Part shown: piece after piece, positions 1 through 13,032 of the stretch
Numbering within the stretch: the first letter of the stretch is position 1
How the letters are laid out: every line of letters begins with the position of its first letter
Origin: Octopus vulgaris
Taxonomy: Eukaryota
Direction of reading: 5' to 3'
DNA length: 64,000 bases
Assembly: GCA_951406725.2 (NCBI GenBank)
Contig: OX597816.1
Location: 153,946,001-154,010,000 of the forward strand
Notes under the pieces: model-generated
The model's input: the letters and a program-made list of their open reading frames with translations, nothing else
Databases searched by the model: none
What the model was told of the DNA's origin: nothing
Program-made: the position numbers and the translations under genes

Positions 1-497
1 TATCTAGTAATGCTAAACATACACCAAAGCAGATTGCAAATGTAAACCAGAATACACAGAATAGCATACATAACTGCAATGTAATACATCAAAATTCATT
101 GGTTAAGATTTTTGCACAGGTTTGCTAGCATAGAACATAATTGCAACTTTGAGATACTCTTCTGGAAAATTTCCACAGTAATGCTCACCTTGCTAGTTGG
201 CTGTTGATCCTATGCAAGGTCCATCTGTTCTTTAGACAGGACTTGTTTCTGTCCTGTTGGACTTTTGGTAACCCTTTTCACTAAGATGGCGTGTCAGTTA
301 GTTTTTGATGACCCAACCAAGTGACTGGTTGCATTAGATTACATATTACTGATAGCACACTCACAAGCAAACTGACATTACACACCCACAACCCACACCA
401 CATATACCATATGTTTAATAAAGGTATACTTAATCTTGCAGCTTGGACTGAAGATTAAACTGACTAAATTTGTCCATTATTAAATACTAATCAAAGA

Positions 498-1154
498 TCA
501 GTTACCACTGCCTTTCAAACTGTCAAAGTTAAGAATCATATAGCCACTTATAGATACTTGAACAAAATCATGACATGCATAAAAATGGGGTTTTGCCAAC
601 TTACTGTGTGACATTCTTTTAGAATTGTATTCTTCCATTATTTCTGAGACTAAACTGCTGGTATTTTTGTCCACTTCTAGTTCAATCAGATCTTCTGCAT
701 TGTCTTCTATGCTCACCTCCTCCTCACTTTTCTCTTCTTTCTTTTCTTCATTGTCATCATCGCTTTTATTGTCTTTGTCACTTTGGTGATCAACGTTATC
801 TTCAACGGAGCTGGAGGTCTGATTGATATCTTCAGTTTGATCATTGTGAGAACATGGGCCTTGTTTGAGGGATAAATCCTCACCAACATCCTCTGTCAAC
901 AAACTAACTGCTTCATTACCAGTATCTACTCCTCCACTTTGCTCTTTATCATTTGCATCTTCAATACTGCTCTTGCTACTGTCACTGCTACTACTGCTGC
1001 TTCTACTACATTTCTTGTTGTTCTTGTTTTTGACTTTATCTGTCAGAACAATTGGCACCAAATTGGTCTGTTGCTTCTTTTTGACTTCCTTGCTCTCTGT
1101 ACTTTGTTCTGTGAAGTGAACAGTGTCTTTGCCTTCATGGGAAATGAACTCTAA
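498..1154 (-). CDS. Probable last coding exon: acidic/Ser-rich low-complexity region (LEFISHEGKDTV...SLKGSGN*)
   Basis: Acceptor ctctcaattctattttgcAG, phase 0, in frame with the 252-aa ORF 498..1256; D/E/S/K-rich. A weaker internal donor (CAA|GTATCT near 558) means the true end could differ. Confidence 0.72.
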   Translation of the reverse strand, partial: LEFISHEGKDTVHFTEQSTESKEVKKKQQTNLVPIVLTDKVKNKNNKKCSRSSSSSSDSSKSSIEDANDKEQSGGVDTGNEAVSLLTEDVGEDLSLKQGPCSHNDQTEDINQTSSSVEDNVDHQSDKDNKSDDDNEEKKEEKSEEEVSIEDNAEDLIELEVDKNTSSLVSEIMEEYNSKRMSHSKLAKPHFYACHDFVQVSISGYMILNFDSLKGSGN

Positions 1155-2309
1155 CTGCAAAATAGAATTGAGAGGGAATTTAAAGATCTTAGCTGTCATA
1201 ATGGTTATGGTGATGGTAGTGGAACATTGAGGAAGAAAATGAATGGGGACAACCATTATAGAAATAGCATGTAGTCAAAGAGGTAGTGTTACCAACAATG
1301 ATTGATGTTGTGTGGACAAAGTGTGACTTTAACAATGAACTCTACTAAGAGACTGACAAAAGATTGAATGTTAGACAAACTTATACCCTTAATAAATTTG
1401 GATGAGTTCTTACATTTATATGACACCAGATCAATTCTGTAATCAAACATTTTTCTTTTTTACTTCTATGGGAATACAGAGTTCAGGCAATGTATGTTGG
1501 ACTATATTTTCTTTATGGCCTGTGTAAAATTTGGCTATTATTTCTAGCATGTCAAGCAATTACAGGACATTTTTGGTATTTATCTTAATGAATGAATCCA
1601 GTTTGAATGTTGAAGTCAACACCACTGGATTTGAAATTAAAATATAGTGGAGCATAATTAAATACCTTGCAGTATTTTGTTTGGCTCTCCTAAATATTTG
1701 CCAGTCTACCAGCTTAATGATAATAATAACAACAACAATAATGGTTTCAAATTTTGGTACAGGCCAGCAGATTTTAGAGAAGATTATATCAACCCCAGTA
1801 CTCAACTGGTACTTATTTTATCAATCCTGAAATGATGAAAGACAAAGTCAGCCTCAGCAGAATTGGAACTCAGAACATAAAACTTGAAACAATTATAATA
1901 ATAATAATGGTTTCAAATTTTGGCAAAAGGCCAGAAATTTCATGAGAAGGGGCTGAGTCAATTATATCGACCCTAGTGATAAACTGAGGAACATAACTCC
2001 ACTCAACAATGCTTCATCTTCAAAGATCTTACCCCACCCTGTTCAACACCACTACATTGGTCCTTGAGTGTCTTTAGCAGGATTCTTCCTGTTGTAAGCC
2101 TTCAAACCAGACCAATTTGTTCTCTCCCCACTCAAATTTTTCCTGCAGATATATAGCCCAGCCAAAGATCAGGCAATGCATCAATCTCACCAGTCTATGA
2201 AGACTTGCAATGGTTATGGACACTGTCCCTACCTACACTGACTACCTTATATAAAAAAGTAGAAAGCCTATACAGTATTATAACATTTGAAATAACTGTA
2301 AGCACTTAC

Positions 2310-2393
2310 ATCATTGCTCTCTATTGTTGGAAGAACCTTTCTGGATATACGACTGGATTTTGCCCTGTTTCGAGGTGCTGGTGGTCTCCGGAA
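2310..2393 (-). CDS. Internal coding exon (phase 0 to 0): FRRPPAPRNRAKSSRISRKVLPTIESND
   Basis: Strong acceptor ttttttcttttcAG and donor GAT|GTAAGT. 84 nt; only frame 0 is open. Confidence 0.78.
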
Positions 2394-3788
2394 CTGAAAA
2401 GAAAAAAATTTCAATTCACATGTTTTCTGATCTTCAAAATCTCAATAGGAAATAACTCCCTGTAACAGGAGGTGTTGTTTTCTATCTCACTCAGGTTAAA
2501 AAAAGTGATTTTCTTTGTGTGTATGTGTGTGTGTGCGTGCACGCGTGTGCACATGTATGCATATGATCGTGTTTGAAATTTTTGGTACATTCTCTAAAAT
2601 ATGTGTGCGTGTGTGTGCATATGTTCATATAAGTGGCTCTTGAAGCAATCCTATGTAGTGTTTCTGCATGTATATGCTTGCCTCACATATTTAAGTGTGC
2701 ATGTATGTATATGTTTGCATATATGTGAGCATGCATGTCTTTATCAGTAGTAAATAAATTGCCACACCTCCCTTATCAGACCAGTTATAGTGAATCAATA
2801 TATAGAACATTGTTTCAGATCCAGTCAATAACTTGTGAAAAATGTATCGGTGAACATGATGAAAAAAAATCATTCTAATATTATCATCATCACATGAGAT
2901 GGGTCTTTTGCTGACGTGGACTGTACAATACAACATCTCTCCATACTGAACCAGCTTGTTTGAGGTTGATTATTTTCATGTTTGATCTAATTAAATATTT
3001 TTGATACTTCTTTATCTACCTCTAATATAGATGCCTTATATTAGATGTCTGCATTAACCTAGCATATATTGCCCAAAAATAGATGATGCTCTGTCCTGGT
3101 TGTTTTCTCAATTCACTTATGCTTGTTTAAGTTAGCATTTCATATTCAGTGATCTTTTATTTAACTTTTTCATTACTGATACCTACAAATTTTCTGCATT
3201 CACTGATTATGCTTTGATTGCTATAGAAAATGTCATATTTTTTAGACATCATGTAATTTCTTCCTTCTTTTTATGCAGCAAAAAACTCATCATGGCCAAC
3301 ACAAGAAGTAGATTTAAAATCTTTTCCAACCAATTTCATGCACTATGATGTTACTCACTACAGTGTATGCTGCATCACTAGGATAGTTAGATTTATCTGC
3401 CACTTTCTTCAAGCCATATGAGCAGTCTGAAATCTACGAGTTTATGATTACTAAAGGTTAATATTTACTTAAATACACTAGATGACCCCAGATTTCTGGT
3501 ATTTTAGCTCAATATTGATTTCTATTGCATACTGAAAGAAATCTCTCTGTTAACAAGTACTGTAGTCTGAGTTACATATTTTCTTTTAACTCATTTGGCA
3601 CTAACCCTCTGAGACTACCTCTTGTAATATGATATAAAGCCTTCTGCTTTAAAGCATTCACTTTTAAATTAAAACCTTCCAATATAATTTTTATGAAAGA
3701 ACATAAGCTTATACCAATAAATGAAAATGCTAATAATGTTACTAAATCTCTCCAAAGTTTTGATGTATTTCATTAGCAGTATGTTTAC

Positions 3789-3891
3789 AACTTTGTGATT
3801 CACGCTTTTAAGATTTAAGCAGTTACAGTTCTCAGTGGATTCTGCAATAAGAATCACATCCTTGTGATAAGAATTTTCAAGATCTTGGAGC
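3789..3891 (-). CDS. Internal coding exon (phase 2 to 0): (E)LQDLENSYHKDVILIAESTENCNCLNLKSVNHKV; 3' boundary uncertain (alternative in-phase donor at 3804)
   Basis: Acceptor ctttgttctgctcatAG; donor GTT|GTAAAC (or AGC|GTGAAT). Supplies exactly the phase 2-to-0 bridge needed between the 4842-4927 and 2310-2393 exons. Confidence 0.6.
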
Positions 3892-4841
3892 CTATGAGCA
3901 GAACAAAGCAAAGCACAAAACTGCTAATTTTAAGTGAAAAAGAAAGAATTACCGATTTTAAAATTTCTGATTCCCTCTGTATTAATCCAAAGTCATCTTC
4001 AATATTCTCATTTTTATTTTTGCTGAAATGCAAGAAATGCTCTCATCAGTTTTCTATAAAATCTAGAACCGTGAATCCAATATGAAGCTTTGATTTTTTT
4101 TTTTTTTTTTTTTTTTTTACATAGCTGCATCATAATAAAGTATATTTATGCCTAAAACAGGCTTAAATTTATTATCTTTACATATAGAGTTAAAAATAAA
4201 ATTTTAAAAATTGTAATAGTTTATATTTAATCAGAAAATATAATTCTCCATGAGTTGTGGGGTTCTTTCTGTCAAAGACAGTATTGTTTCTATTTGTTTC
4301 TAGCAAACAGTATGCATAAATCATGTTTTTGCCTCTAGCTTACTAATTTGTAATTATATCTAGCTAAGTCACAAGGAAATGATCCAGCCAACCAAAATAT
4401 CACCAACTGCTAACATTACAAAGTGTTTCTAACAAAAAAAAATGATTCAGTATATCTGTGCATATTAGGCACCGTGCAGAAATACAGTTCATCATTGTAG
4501 ATTGTATTTAGTTGTTTTTTTAAATGTCTTAAAAGCTAAGGTAAACTAACTTGATGTGGAATCTTTCAGTAAATATAAAAACTGCTTCTAGCAAATGCAT
4601 GTGTCCAGAAATCATAAGTGGGGGATATAGAGGATTAAATGGAACTACAGGCTTTACTAGGTTGTTTTGTGGGGCTTTTTTTAATCCAAAACAAGAAAGA
4701 TAGATGGCAAAATCTATCTGACTGGATTTAAACTCAGAAAGTATAAAAAGACATAAATAAATAATAAACACCACATGGTATTTAATCTTTTGTTCTACCA
4801 GAGCAAGTGCACAGAAAAAGTAGAAAATGTGAGGTACTTAC

Positions 4842-4927
4842 TCTACAGAAGGTTTTATAGAACCTTTCCCTCCTTTTTGCTTCTGATCCTTGTCTGAAGC
4901 ATCGCCATGTTTTCGTAAAACTTGACC
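4842..4927 (-). CDS. Internal coding exon (phase 0 to 2): GQVLRKHGDASDKDQKQKGGKGSIKPSV
   Basis: Acceptor ctttgtttcAG and donor GA|GTAAGT. 86 nt, open in the expected phase. Confidence 0.75.
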
Positions 4928-6544
4928 CTGAAACAAAGCTTAGTGTTTATAGCATTCCATATCATAAATAATTATTAAAACTAAAAGTTAACACATTGTA
5001 GAGCTATTGTTAAAACAATTACATGGTGTACTAGGTAGCAAATAATGATGTTGGTTGTTTAGTCTTAGGCTTGCCCTGAAGAAACCAACCTGTGATCAAA
5101 GGCATTCCAATTGTGATCATCCCACATTTTTTCCAGGTTACATTATCCAAGGGGTTTTTTTTCTTCTTAATTTGTATACTTAAAAAAATATAGAGAACTG
5201 ATGGAAATAACTCAAATGAGCCAATGAGATGAATTTGGGTAAATAAGGAAGTGATATACTAATCATCATTGTTCCATTTAATGTCCATTATTTTGAGCTT
5301 GCAATGGCTGGACAGAATTTGTTGAAACAGAATTTCTACACCCAGATGCCTTCCTGTCACCAGCTCTTACCTGTTTGCAAGTAAGATAATATTCCCTATG
5401 ACTAGACATGTTTTCAAGGAAGATTGGAAACAAAGGACACTGTATGATAATGGCATTCATTTATGGCTATCACATGAAGTCAAAGCAAGGAGACAGTAAC
5501 ACATACAAACTGAAAGAAGCCTGTTTGTGTAAATGCTGGACACCAAAAATTTGTAAATGTAACTACCCTCTTAGCTGACAATAAGTTTTAGTGTTGTTGT
5601 TGCTGCTGCAGCAGCAGCAGTAGTAGTAGTAGTCAAGGGTGTTAAGGGAAGCTCTTACACAGCATTGCACTGTAAAATAGTCGTCCCTTTAACTTTGGCT
5701 TTACAATTAGAATAAAGATGTTCCAGCCATTAGATAATGCTGCCGACAATTGTGAACTGTGAAAGGTTTACCTTAATGATGGCATTTAACAGTGAGGGTA
5801 GTTAGATGTACTAGAAATTGTTACACATTTACCAGCAGCTACAGAATATGAAAGACTTAACTCATGGTCAACTGCCACTTGCTTTACAATTAGAACAATT
5901 ACACTTAATTGCTCTAATTAGCTAATTCTGTCAGAAGTTGTGAACTTTTTAAAGGATTAATTTACTGAAAACAGAGGTAGTTAATATCTACAGAGTAGCC
6001 ATTACACAATGTTACCTACAAAATTGATAAATTGTCACAAGAAAGTCACTTGACCTATGATAAATAACAACCAAATCTCTTATATTACTCATTTCCTTCC
6101 TTTTACCTTTACCTCCTGGTAAAAAGGAATGACACATGGTATAATTATATATTCCTAGACATGATAACATCAGGAATCCTATGCAACTGGCAATGGCTGC
6201 AATCCACAACCTAGTGAGAACACTTATCTACCTCACTCTAAGACAAAGAACAAAGAACTAAATCATTAGGCTTTTTACTCCTCATAGCAACTAAACTTAC
6301 TGAATTTTTCTAGGAACGTTTCTATAGTCCTAGATATACTAGCTGGGGGTGGGAGAAAACAATGGTTGTGGCTGAACACATTTGGTCTAGAGATAAACAT
6401 TAACACATGGACAAATAATTCACTGTTACAATTGATACATATAGTGGTAACCATTAAACAACACTGCTAGCAGTTTCAGTCTTGATAGAGTTAACTCATT
6501 AAACACTGGATAGTCAGGTTAGCAGAGGCTGATTAGTGGTAACT

Positions 6545-6951
6545 AAGATGGGCCCTTCTTAATGACAAGCAACTGAGACCTTTGGAGATATACTGTGATT
6601 GAGAAGACCCAGCAAGTCAAGTGAGATCATAGCTGTGGCCAATACCAGTGTTGCATAACCGGCCCATTTAAAAGCACCCTTCAATCATCAAGCAATGAGT
6701 CAAGTGAAATCGTACTCGTGGCAGATGCCTCAGTGGCACATGAAATACATCATTCAAGCATGATCGATGCCTGGTGACATGTAAAAAGCACCCACTACAC
6801 TCTTAGAATGGTTGGTGTTAGGAAGGGCATCCAGCTGTAGAAACCTTGCTAGATCAGATTGGAGTCTGGTGCAACCTTCTGAGTGGCTGGTCCTCAGTCA
6901 AACCATCAAACCCATGCCAGCATGGAAAGCAGACATTAAATGATGATGATT
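6545..6951 (+). mobile_element. RTE-family 3' end copy
   Basis: gagacctttggagata...gagaagaccc, family 3' UTR and (GAT)n tail. Shorter copies at ~15117-15312, 23098-23277 and 38355-38510. Confidence 0.75.
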
Positions 6952-8329
6952 ATTTCAGTTTATTCTCACACAAAGAACAAATTACACTAAATTAAATGAT
7001 ATACAATTATTGTTTCTAACATAAACACAAGCTAGAAATTTGGTTATTAGTCAATTATATCAGCTGCAGTAATTGACTGAAAAGTAAAGTTGGCCTTAGA
7101 AGAATTTGAGCTCAAAACATAAAGAGCCATAACAAAATAAAAAGCATTTTGTTTGATTCTGCCAATCCACCACTTGTTTGTAAGTCATGCAAAATAATAC
7201 ATGAAGAGTGGTTTGAGTTGCTTTTAAGTACTGAGATACAGATAAAATATTTTTTAAATTAAAAATGTATATTAGCATACATTATTTGCTTGTGTGATCA
7301 GGAAGTCATGCTGTCTCCAGTGACTTATTTCCTATGTGAAATACAATAAATTAGGTAATTCAGTTAATGTACTTTATTTGTTATAAGGATTTATGTTTAT
7401 CATTGGTCATTATGTTTCATAACAGAAGTTAGATTTACTTTAACCTCTTCAGTACAGAATTTATTAATTGTTGAAGCTAAAACAACAAAAACATTCCAAA
7501 TTTTAATCAGAAAAGTAGTACTCTCAACTGTCTCACTCCTTGCATTCTTAAACTAATTTCAGTCCATTAGCTCACCATCAGCATTATTTTATCAACCATC
7601 TTTCCATGCTTCCACATGTCAGACTGAATTCATAGAATTATTTATTTCTTGTCACCTACCCTCACTTTTTTCCATACAAGGTAATATTTCCCATGGTCAG
7701 ACAGGTTTTCCACAGAAGATTGGAAATGAAAACATCACTTGTATGAGAGTGATCCTTATTTACAACCATCATATGATGTCAGGACAAGGGTATTCTGTTT
7801 CACATACACACACCAGCATGGAAAATGAATGTTAAATGATATTCACACATATACAACAGGCTTCTTTCAGTTTCCATCTACCAAACCCATTCACAAGGCT
7901 TTGGTCAACCTAAAGCTATTGTAAAAGACACTTGCCCAAGGTGCTGTTCCGTGGGACTGAACACAAAAACACATTTCTGGAAGGCAAGCTTCTCAACCAC
8001 ACCACTAACCTTGTGCTTAACATACAGTGGAGATGGGGGGGGGTATCAAAATATAATCCCTATTATGTCACATATATCAAAAAACTTAAGGATAAAACAA
8101 TCACTTGTGTTCTATTGTACAGATCTGATATGTTTCTGTACACTCTTTTTCTCTTTATCTCTTTCTATATGTGTGTGTTCTGAATTCATATCCTGCTGAG
8201 CTCAAATTTACCCTTCATCCTTCAGGGTCAAAAGTAATGATTACTGGAATTATTGGAACTGTTAGAGGGTTAGACAAAATTCTTTGCTGTATTTGTATCA
8301 ACTCTACATGCTGAGGCCACCTGGGACAA

Positions 8330-8900
8330 CTTTGTTGGTGTGCAAAAGAGAGGCTTGTTAATAAATACTGGTGCTGGCCTTCCATATAAATCTGTGTCCA
8401 GGTGCTGATACTTGAACAACCAATATGGTTCCATGACCTCGGTTGAACTGCAGAGGAAGGAGAGATTTTACAATTGTGTAGATATCTGGGCACAATACCA
8501 ACAGCCAATAAGCTAAGTTTCCTCAGACAAGTTTAATGCAAGGGTAGTGAAGGATTTCCAAACATAGGACCAAACAATTCATTATGATAAAAGATATCTT
8601 ATTCCCAATTTATGCGCTTTCTACTCAAAATATGAACCATGTGAAATATTTTATTCCAGCTCTCAAAAGTGGTTTCATTGCTAATGTCATCCACATTTGA
8701 AATAATGACCTTTAAATTGTATGGTTGTGAGTTCACTGATTCACTAAGAATGTATTGATATGTACCACATGAACTTTGCTCATGAGACCAAAGTGCAATG
8801 TGAACTTGCTGCAATAAATATAAATTGGAAATTTTTGCTAACACTACACCAGTCAATATACACTGGGAGCAGCTGCTACCTCAATTGATTTCTGTAATCA
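8330..8900 (-). mobile_element. Old RTE/BovB-like LINE RT C-terminal remnant
   Basis: FHMVHILSRKRINWE resembles the RTE FHxRCLRxILxIxW motif; heavily decayed. Confidence 0.45.
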
Positions 8901-8915
8901 TAGGCATGTTAACTG

Positions 8916-9116
8916 GCTTTGCTATGTATTTTGTCCATTTAGAACAATTTGAAGATACTTTCATTTTTCAGATAGCAGCTGTTATATCTTTATATTCATC
9001 ATCATGGACAACAGACATTAAATGATGATGATGATGAATATAAAGATACAACAGCTGCTATCTGAAAGATGAAAGTACCTTCAAATTGTTGTAAACAGAC
9101 ACAATACACAGCAAGC
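8916..9116. repeat. Inverted repeat: ~90-bp arms, ~22-nt loop
   Basis: 8916-9005 pairs with 9028-9116 (e.g. ttcagatagcagctgtt / aacagctgctatctgaa). Confidence 0.92.
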
Positions 9117-9290
9117 TTCAAGCTGACTCTTAGATGCTATGACCATGTTAAAAGACCAGTGGTAGGAGCTGAATGCAGATGAAATTCAGTTCTTTGCTGT
9201 TACCAACAACATAAAAGACTTGTATGCCAGTCTGAGAGAGGTTTACGGTCCTCAGAACAGTCATAATGCATCAATGAAGAGTTAGGATAG
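9110..9290 (+). mobile_element. Old RTE/BovB-like LINE fragment
   Basis: Encodes KDQW*ELNADEIQFFAVTNNIKDLYASLREVYGP, typical of the RTE ORF linker region. Confidence 0.55.
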
Positions 9291-11250
9291 CTCACAAGAA
9301 AAGCAAAAGTAGCTCATGGTACTTAGTAAGTCATGGATTGAGGAAAAACAAAACATAAAGCTGTCAGTAAATGCTAAGTGTACTGAATCATAGTGTTATC
9401 TAGTCAAAGCCATAGAAAATCAGCCTCGGCAAATTCTGACCCATGCAAGCATGGAAAAGTGAGCATTATAATGATGATAGTACATATTCTTCACTGCAAA
9501 CATCACAGCATTGATATTAGAATACAATTCATATGTAACCAACAATGTTATTGTTCACAAATTGTGATATATAATAAATACTGTGCAATGATGCCCTAAC
9601 AATGTTTAGAGATGCCAGTGTTGTTATTTTCTGGATCATGCTTTACCTATTCTTATAGATAATCTGTCAATATTTTTAGAGCCATTATCATTCCAGTTGT
9701 ACCATTTACAAAATTAGATGAATAATGAACACATTCTTTAACTACCATAATTATTTTCATTCAACAAATTGATGTAAATTCCTTAGCTTTTCACAACTTC
9801 ATATTTAGTTGGTATTTATTACTATTATTATTTAAAACATTGAAAAAATTGCTTTGCTGCATTTGTTTTGGCTCTGTACATTCTTAGTTTAAATTCGACC
9901 AATATCAATCTTTGCTTTTCATCCTTCATGGATAATAAAATAAAGTACCAATCAAGAAGTAGGACCAGTGATATCAAATACTCTGACTCCTCTCAAAAAT
10001 ATTACTGGCTTTGTGCTGAAACCAGAAACCGTTGGTGTTGTTGTTGTTGTTGTTCAACATTTGGTAGTTTGAGGCAAATTTCTACTGCATCCCTTGCTAC
10101 ACCGCCATGTTACTGGGGTGTGTGCAGCATTGTGTGTTCTTTTTTTGTTGTTGGGAGTGTGCAAACTCTTCCCAGTATTGTATTGTGTTTTTAGGTGTAG
10201 TGCTGTCTTTTGTTGTATTAGTGTTTGTATTGTGTGTCATGTGTGTAATGTGTTGGTTATATGGATTGCTGGTGGTAGTTTATTTCATTGGATAATTTCT
10301 ATGTATAGTCTGTCTTGTGTTTGTGAATTGTTTTGTTTAGGTTGTATTTTTGAATTGATAGTGTTTGGCATAGGATGTGGGCTGTTCCTAACAGGGCTAT
10401 GTTTTGGATAGTATTAGTGTTAAGGATCTAGGTATAGCTTCTACATTTTTGTTCTTAAGTTTGTTTGTTTTTTTATCCTGCCCAGTGCTTCAGTTATTAC
10501 TGGTACTGTTTTCACCTTCATGTCCCACATCTTGAATACTTCAATTTTGAGGTCTTTGTTATTATTATCATGTACTTGGTGGTCAGGATGATCTTAGACC
10601 TATGGGATTCTTTGATTGGTAGCAGCTGGAGGCTCTCCTGTATCAAGAGGACTATAACATCTATATTTTTATATATTTTGTATTCTGTGTTAACTTTTTA
10701 TCTCCCTTCACTTTTCTTCCCTCATTTTTTTTTTTATGTAAACCCCCATATAAATTGTAAACTGGTCTAGTAATATTCTCCTCATTAGATACCTCTGTGG
10801 CAAATAAAAGAAATCGTCATCATCATCATAATAATTATTATTATTATTATTAGTTTATGGTATCAGACCACTGGGATGGGACCCTGTTTGTAGTAACTAA
10901 CTATGCTTGCTCCACTTTACCTGTTTGGACAAAACAAAAAATAGTCTGTACCTCTACCTCACAGTTGGATGTATAGCAGTCAGAAGGGCAGCTATCTTTA
11001 AAACCCGCAGTATTTCATGCAGGTGTAGAAAAATAAAGATGCTGTTCGGGGGTAGGTTATAGAAAATGATTTACATTTGAATTAACACATGCAATTAATG
11101 CATACACATACACCCACAGTTTACACATAAAAATACATACCACTACATACTGCACTTAACTCACATAAACACCACTTTGTAAAAGGCAGTTTTTGTCATT
11201 TCTATATAGTCAGTTCTCATTTAAACAAACCAATTCAAATCACAGCTTAC

Positions 11251-11428
11251 CATTATGAGTATATCACTAGGGAGTTCTTCTTCGTAAGTTTCAGAATACC
11301 TGAAGCATGGTTTCTTCACCGCAACTTCTACAGTGTTGTTAACAATTAGTTTTGGTGGTTGGCTCTCAAACGCTCTGATTTTATCCTTTATTGAAAGAAG
11401 TTCTTCTTGCTCAGGTTCCTGAAGTTTT
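11251..11428 (-). CDS. Internal coding exon (phase 2 to 0): KLQEPEQEELLSIKDKIRAFESQPPKLIVNNTVEVAVKKPCFRYSETYEEELPSDILIM
   Basis: Acceptor cttctttttgatAG and donor ATG|GTAAGC. 178 nt, open in the frame that joins the 53200 donor (GA+A = Glu) and the next exon. Confidence 0.75.
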
Positions 11429-11671
11429 CTATCAAAAAGAAGTTAAATGAACAAATAACTAAGATAAAATAAACAAAATGTTGAAAAGGGAAAAAATTAT
11501 TATTAGGTGTGTGTGTGCATATATACATGCATACATACAGATTGTCTATACAATTGAAAATATCAAACTTGGAAATATGGCTCAAGCAGCTTCAGTTTTT
11601 AATAAACTAGAGGGAGTAGGATCAAACTTAGGTTAGATAGATAGATATGAATGTACATATAATATATTTAT

Positions 11672-11835
11672 TTACTACCCACAAGGGGCTAAACACAGAG
11701 GGAACAAACAAAGACAGACGAACGGATTAAGTCGATTACATCGACCCCAGTGCGTAACTGGTACTTAATTTATCGACCCCGAAAGGATGAAAGGCAAAGT
11801 CAACCTCGGCGGAATTTGAACCCAGAACATAATGG
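11672..11835 (-). mobile_element. SINE with Nin-like central domain
   Basis: ggtacttaatttatcgaccccgaaaggatgaaaggcaaagtcaacctcggcggaatttgaac. Related copies at ~1740-1890, 1908-1985, 9860-10030 (+), 18020-18225 (+) and 58155-58360. Confidence 0.7.
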
Positions 11836-12631
11836 CACAAGCATGGCTGTATGGTTAAAAAGTTAACTTTACAACCACATATATGGTCTGGGGATTCAAT
11901 TCCACTGCGCAGGAAATTGGTAGACAGAGACTGTAGAAAGTCTGTCCTGCATTTGTCATGAATGTTTATATTCCACACTTAACCTGTTTGAGCAAAGCAC
12001 CATTAATGTGAACATCCTTTATTGACTAGTTGCTCAGCACTTTTGAAAAACCTTTGGAATAAGGCAACAGGAAGAGCATCCTGACCCAAATAATTCTCCA
12101 TCCAAATCTATGCTAGCATGGAAAAAGAATCATTAAACAAATGAATGAATATATAAATGTGTGTGTGTGTGTGTGTGATGTTCTATCCAAATCACAATTG
12201 TATTCTAGTTTTATTATCAAGTTTTGTTTTGTTTTTTTCATATATTCATGAGTTCATTACTGTTTGCTTGAAAAAGTAAAGTTCCTCAATCTAACATCAA
12301 TGTTTCTGGGTTATCATACCCTCATAGTCAGTGGAGTATGATTTGCCCACTTGTTGCTGCCTGTTTTTACTGGGCTGAACCACTATGATTGGTGTATAGA
12401 TGTAACTGGTGAAATTTGAATCTTGACTTTAAGATTTATACATCATCTGTCAAATTTGTATTATATATTATATACACGCACACACTCACACACACATGCA
12501 TTCACATATAAATTCCATAGTTGTCATTTGTTACGGTTAGTTAGGCATTGGTAAAATCTAAGTTGCTAAGTAAACTTGATATAGGCAGTATCAGCTGACA
12601 GAAAACATCTCTCTTTCTCTCTCACTCTCAG

Positions 12632-12668
<37 letters not shown>

Positions 12669-12927
12669 TTTCCTATTTCATTCCTTCATCTTCTTAGTCT
12701 CTGTACTTTTCTGTCTCACATACTTTCTCTCACTGTTGTACTTCTTTTCTCTTTCTCTCTCTTCTGCTTTCTCTGTTTCTCCCCATCAGGCATGAGTATA
12801 TTAATTCAGAGTTTGTTCCATAACTATGTGGTTTCAAGTTCTGTCTAACCACTAGGCATCTTGGGCAAGTGTCACAGGTCAGTCAATGCCTTTTGAGTGG
12901 AATTGATAGACAGAAACTGTATGGAAA

Positions 12928-13032
<105 letters not shown>

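Noticed and set aside
184-340. Strong minus-strand donor AAG|GTGAGC suggesting a further coding exon
   Set aside because: All three frames upstream of it contain stops and there is no convincing acceptor.
1155-1256. N-terminal part of the 252-aa ORF (MVVPIHFLPQ...)
   Set aside because: It lies upstream of a strong splice acceptor at 1155-1156 and is most likely intron read in frame.
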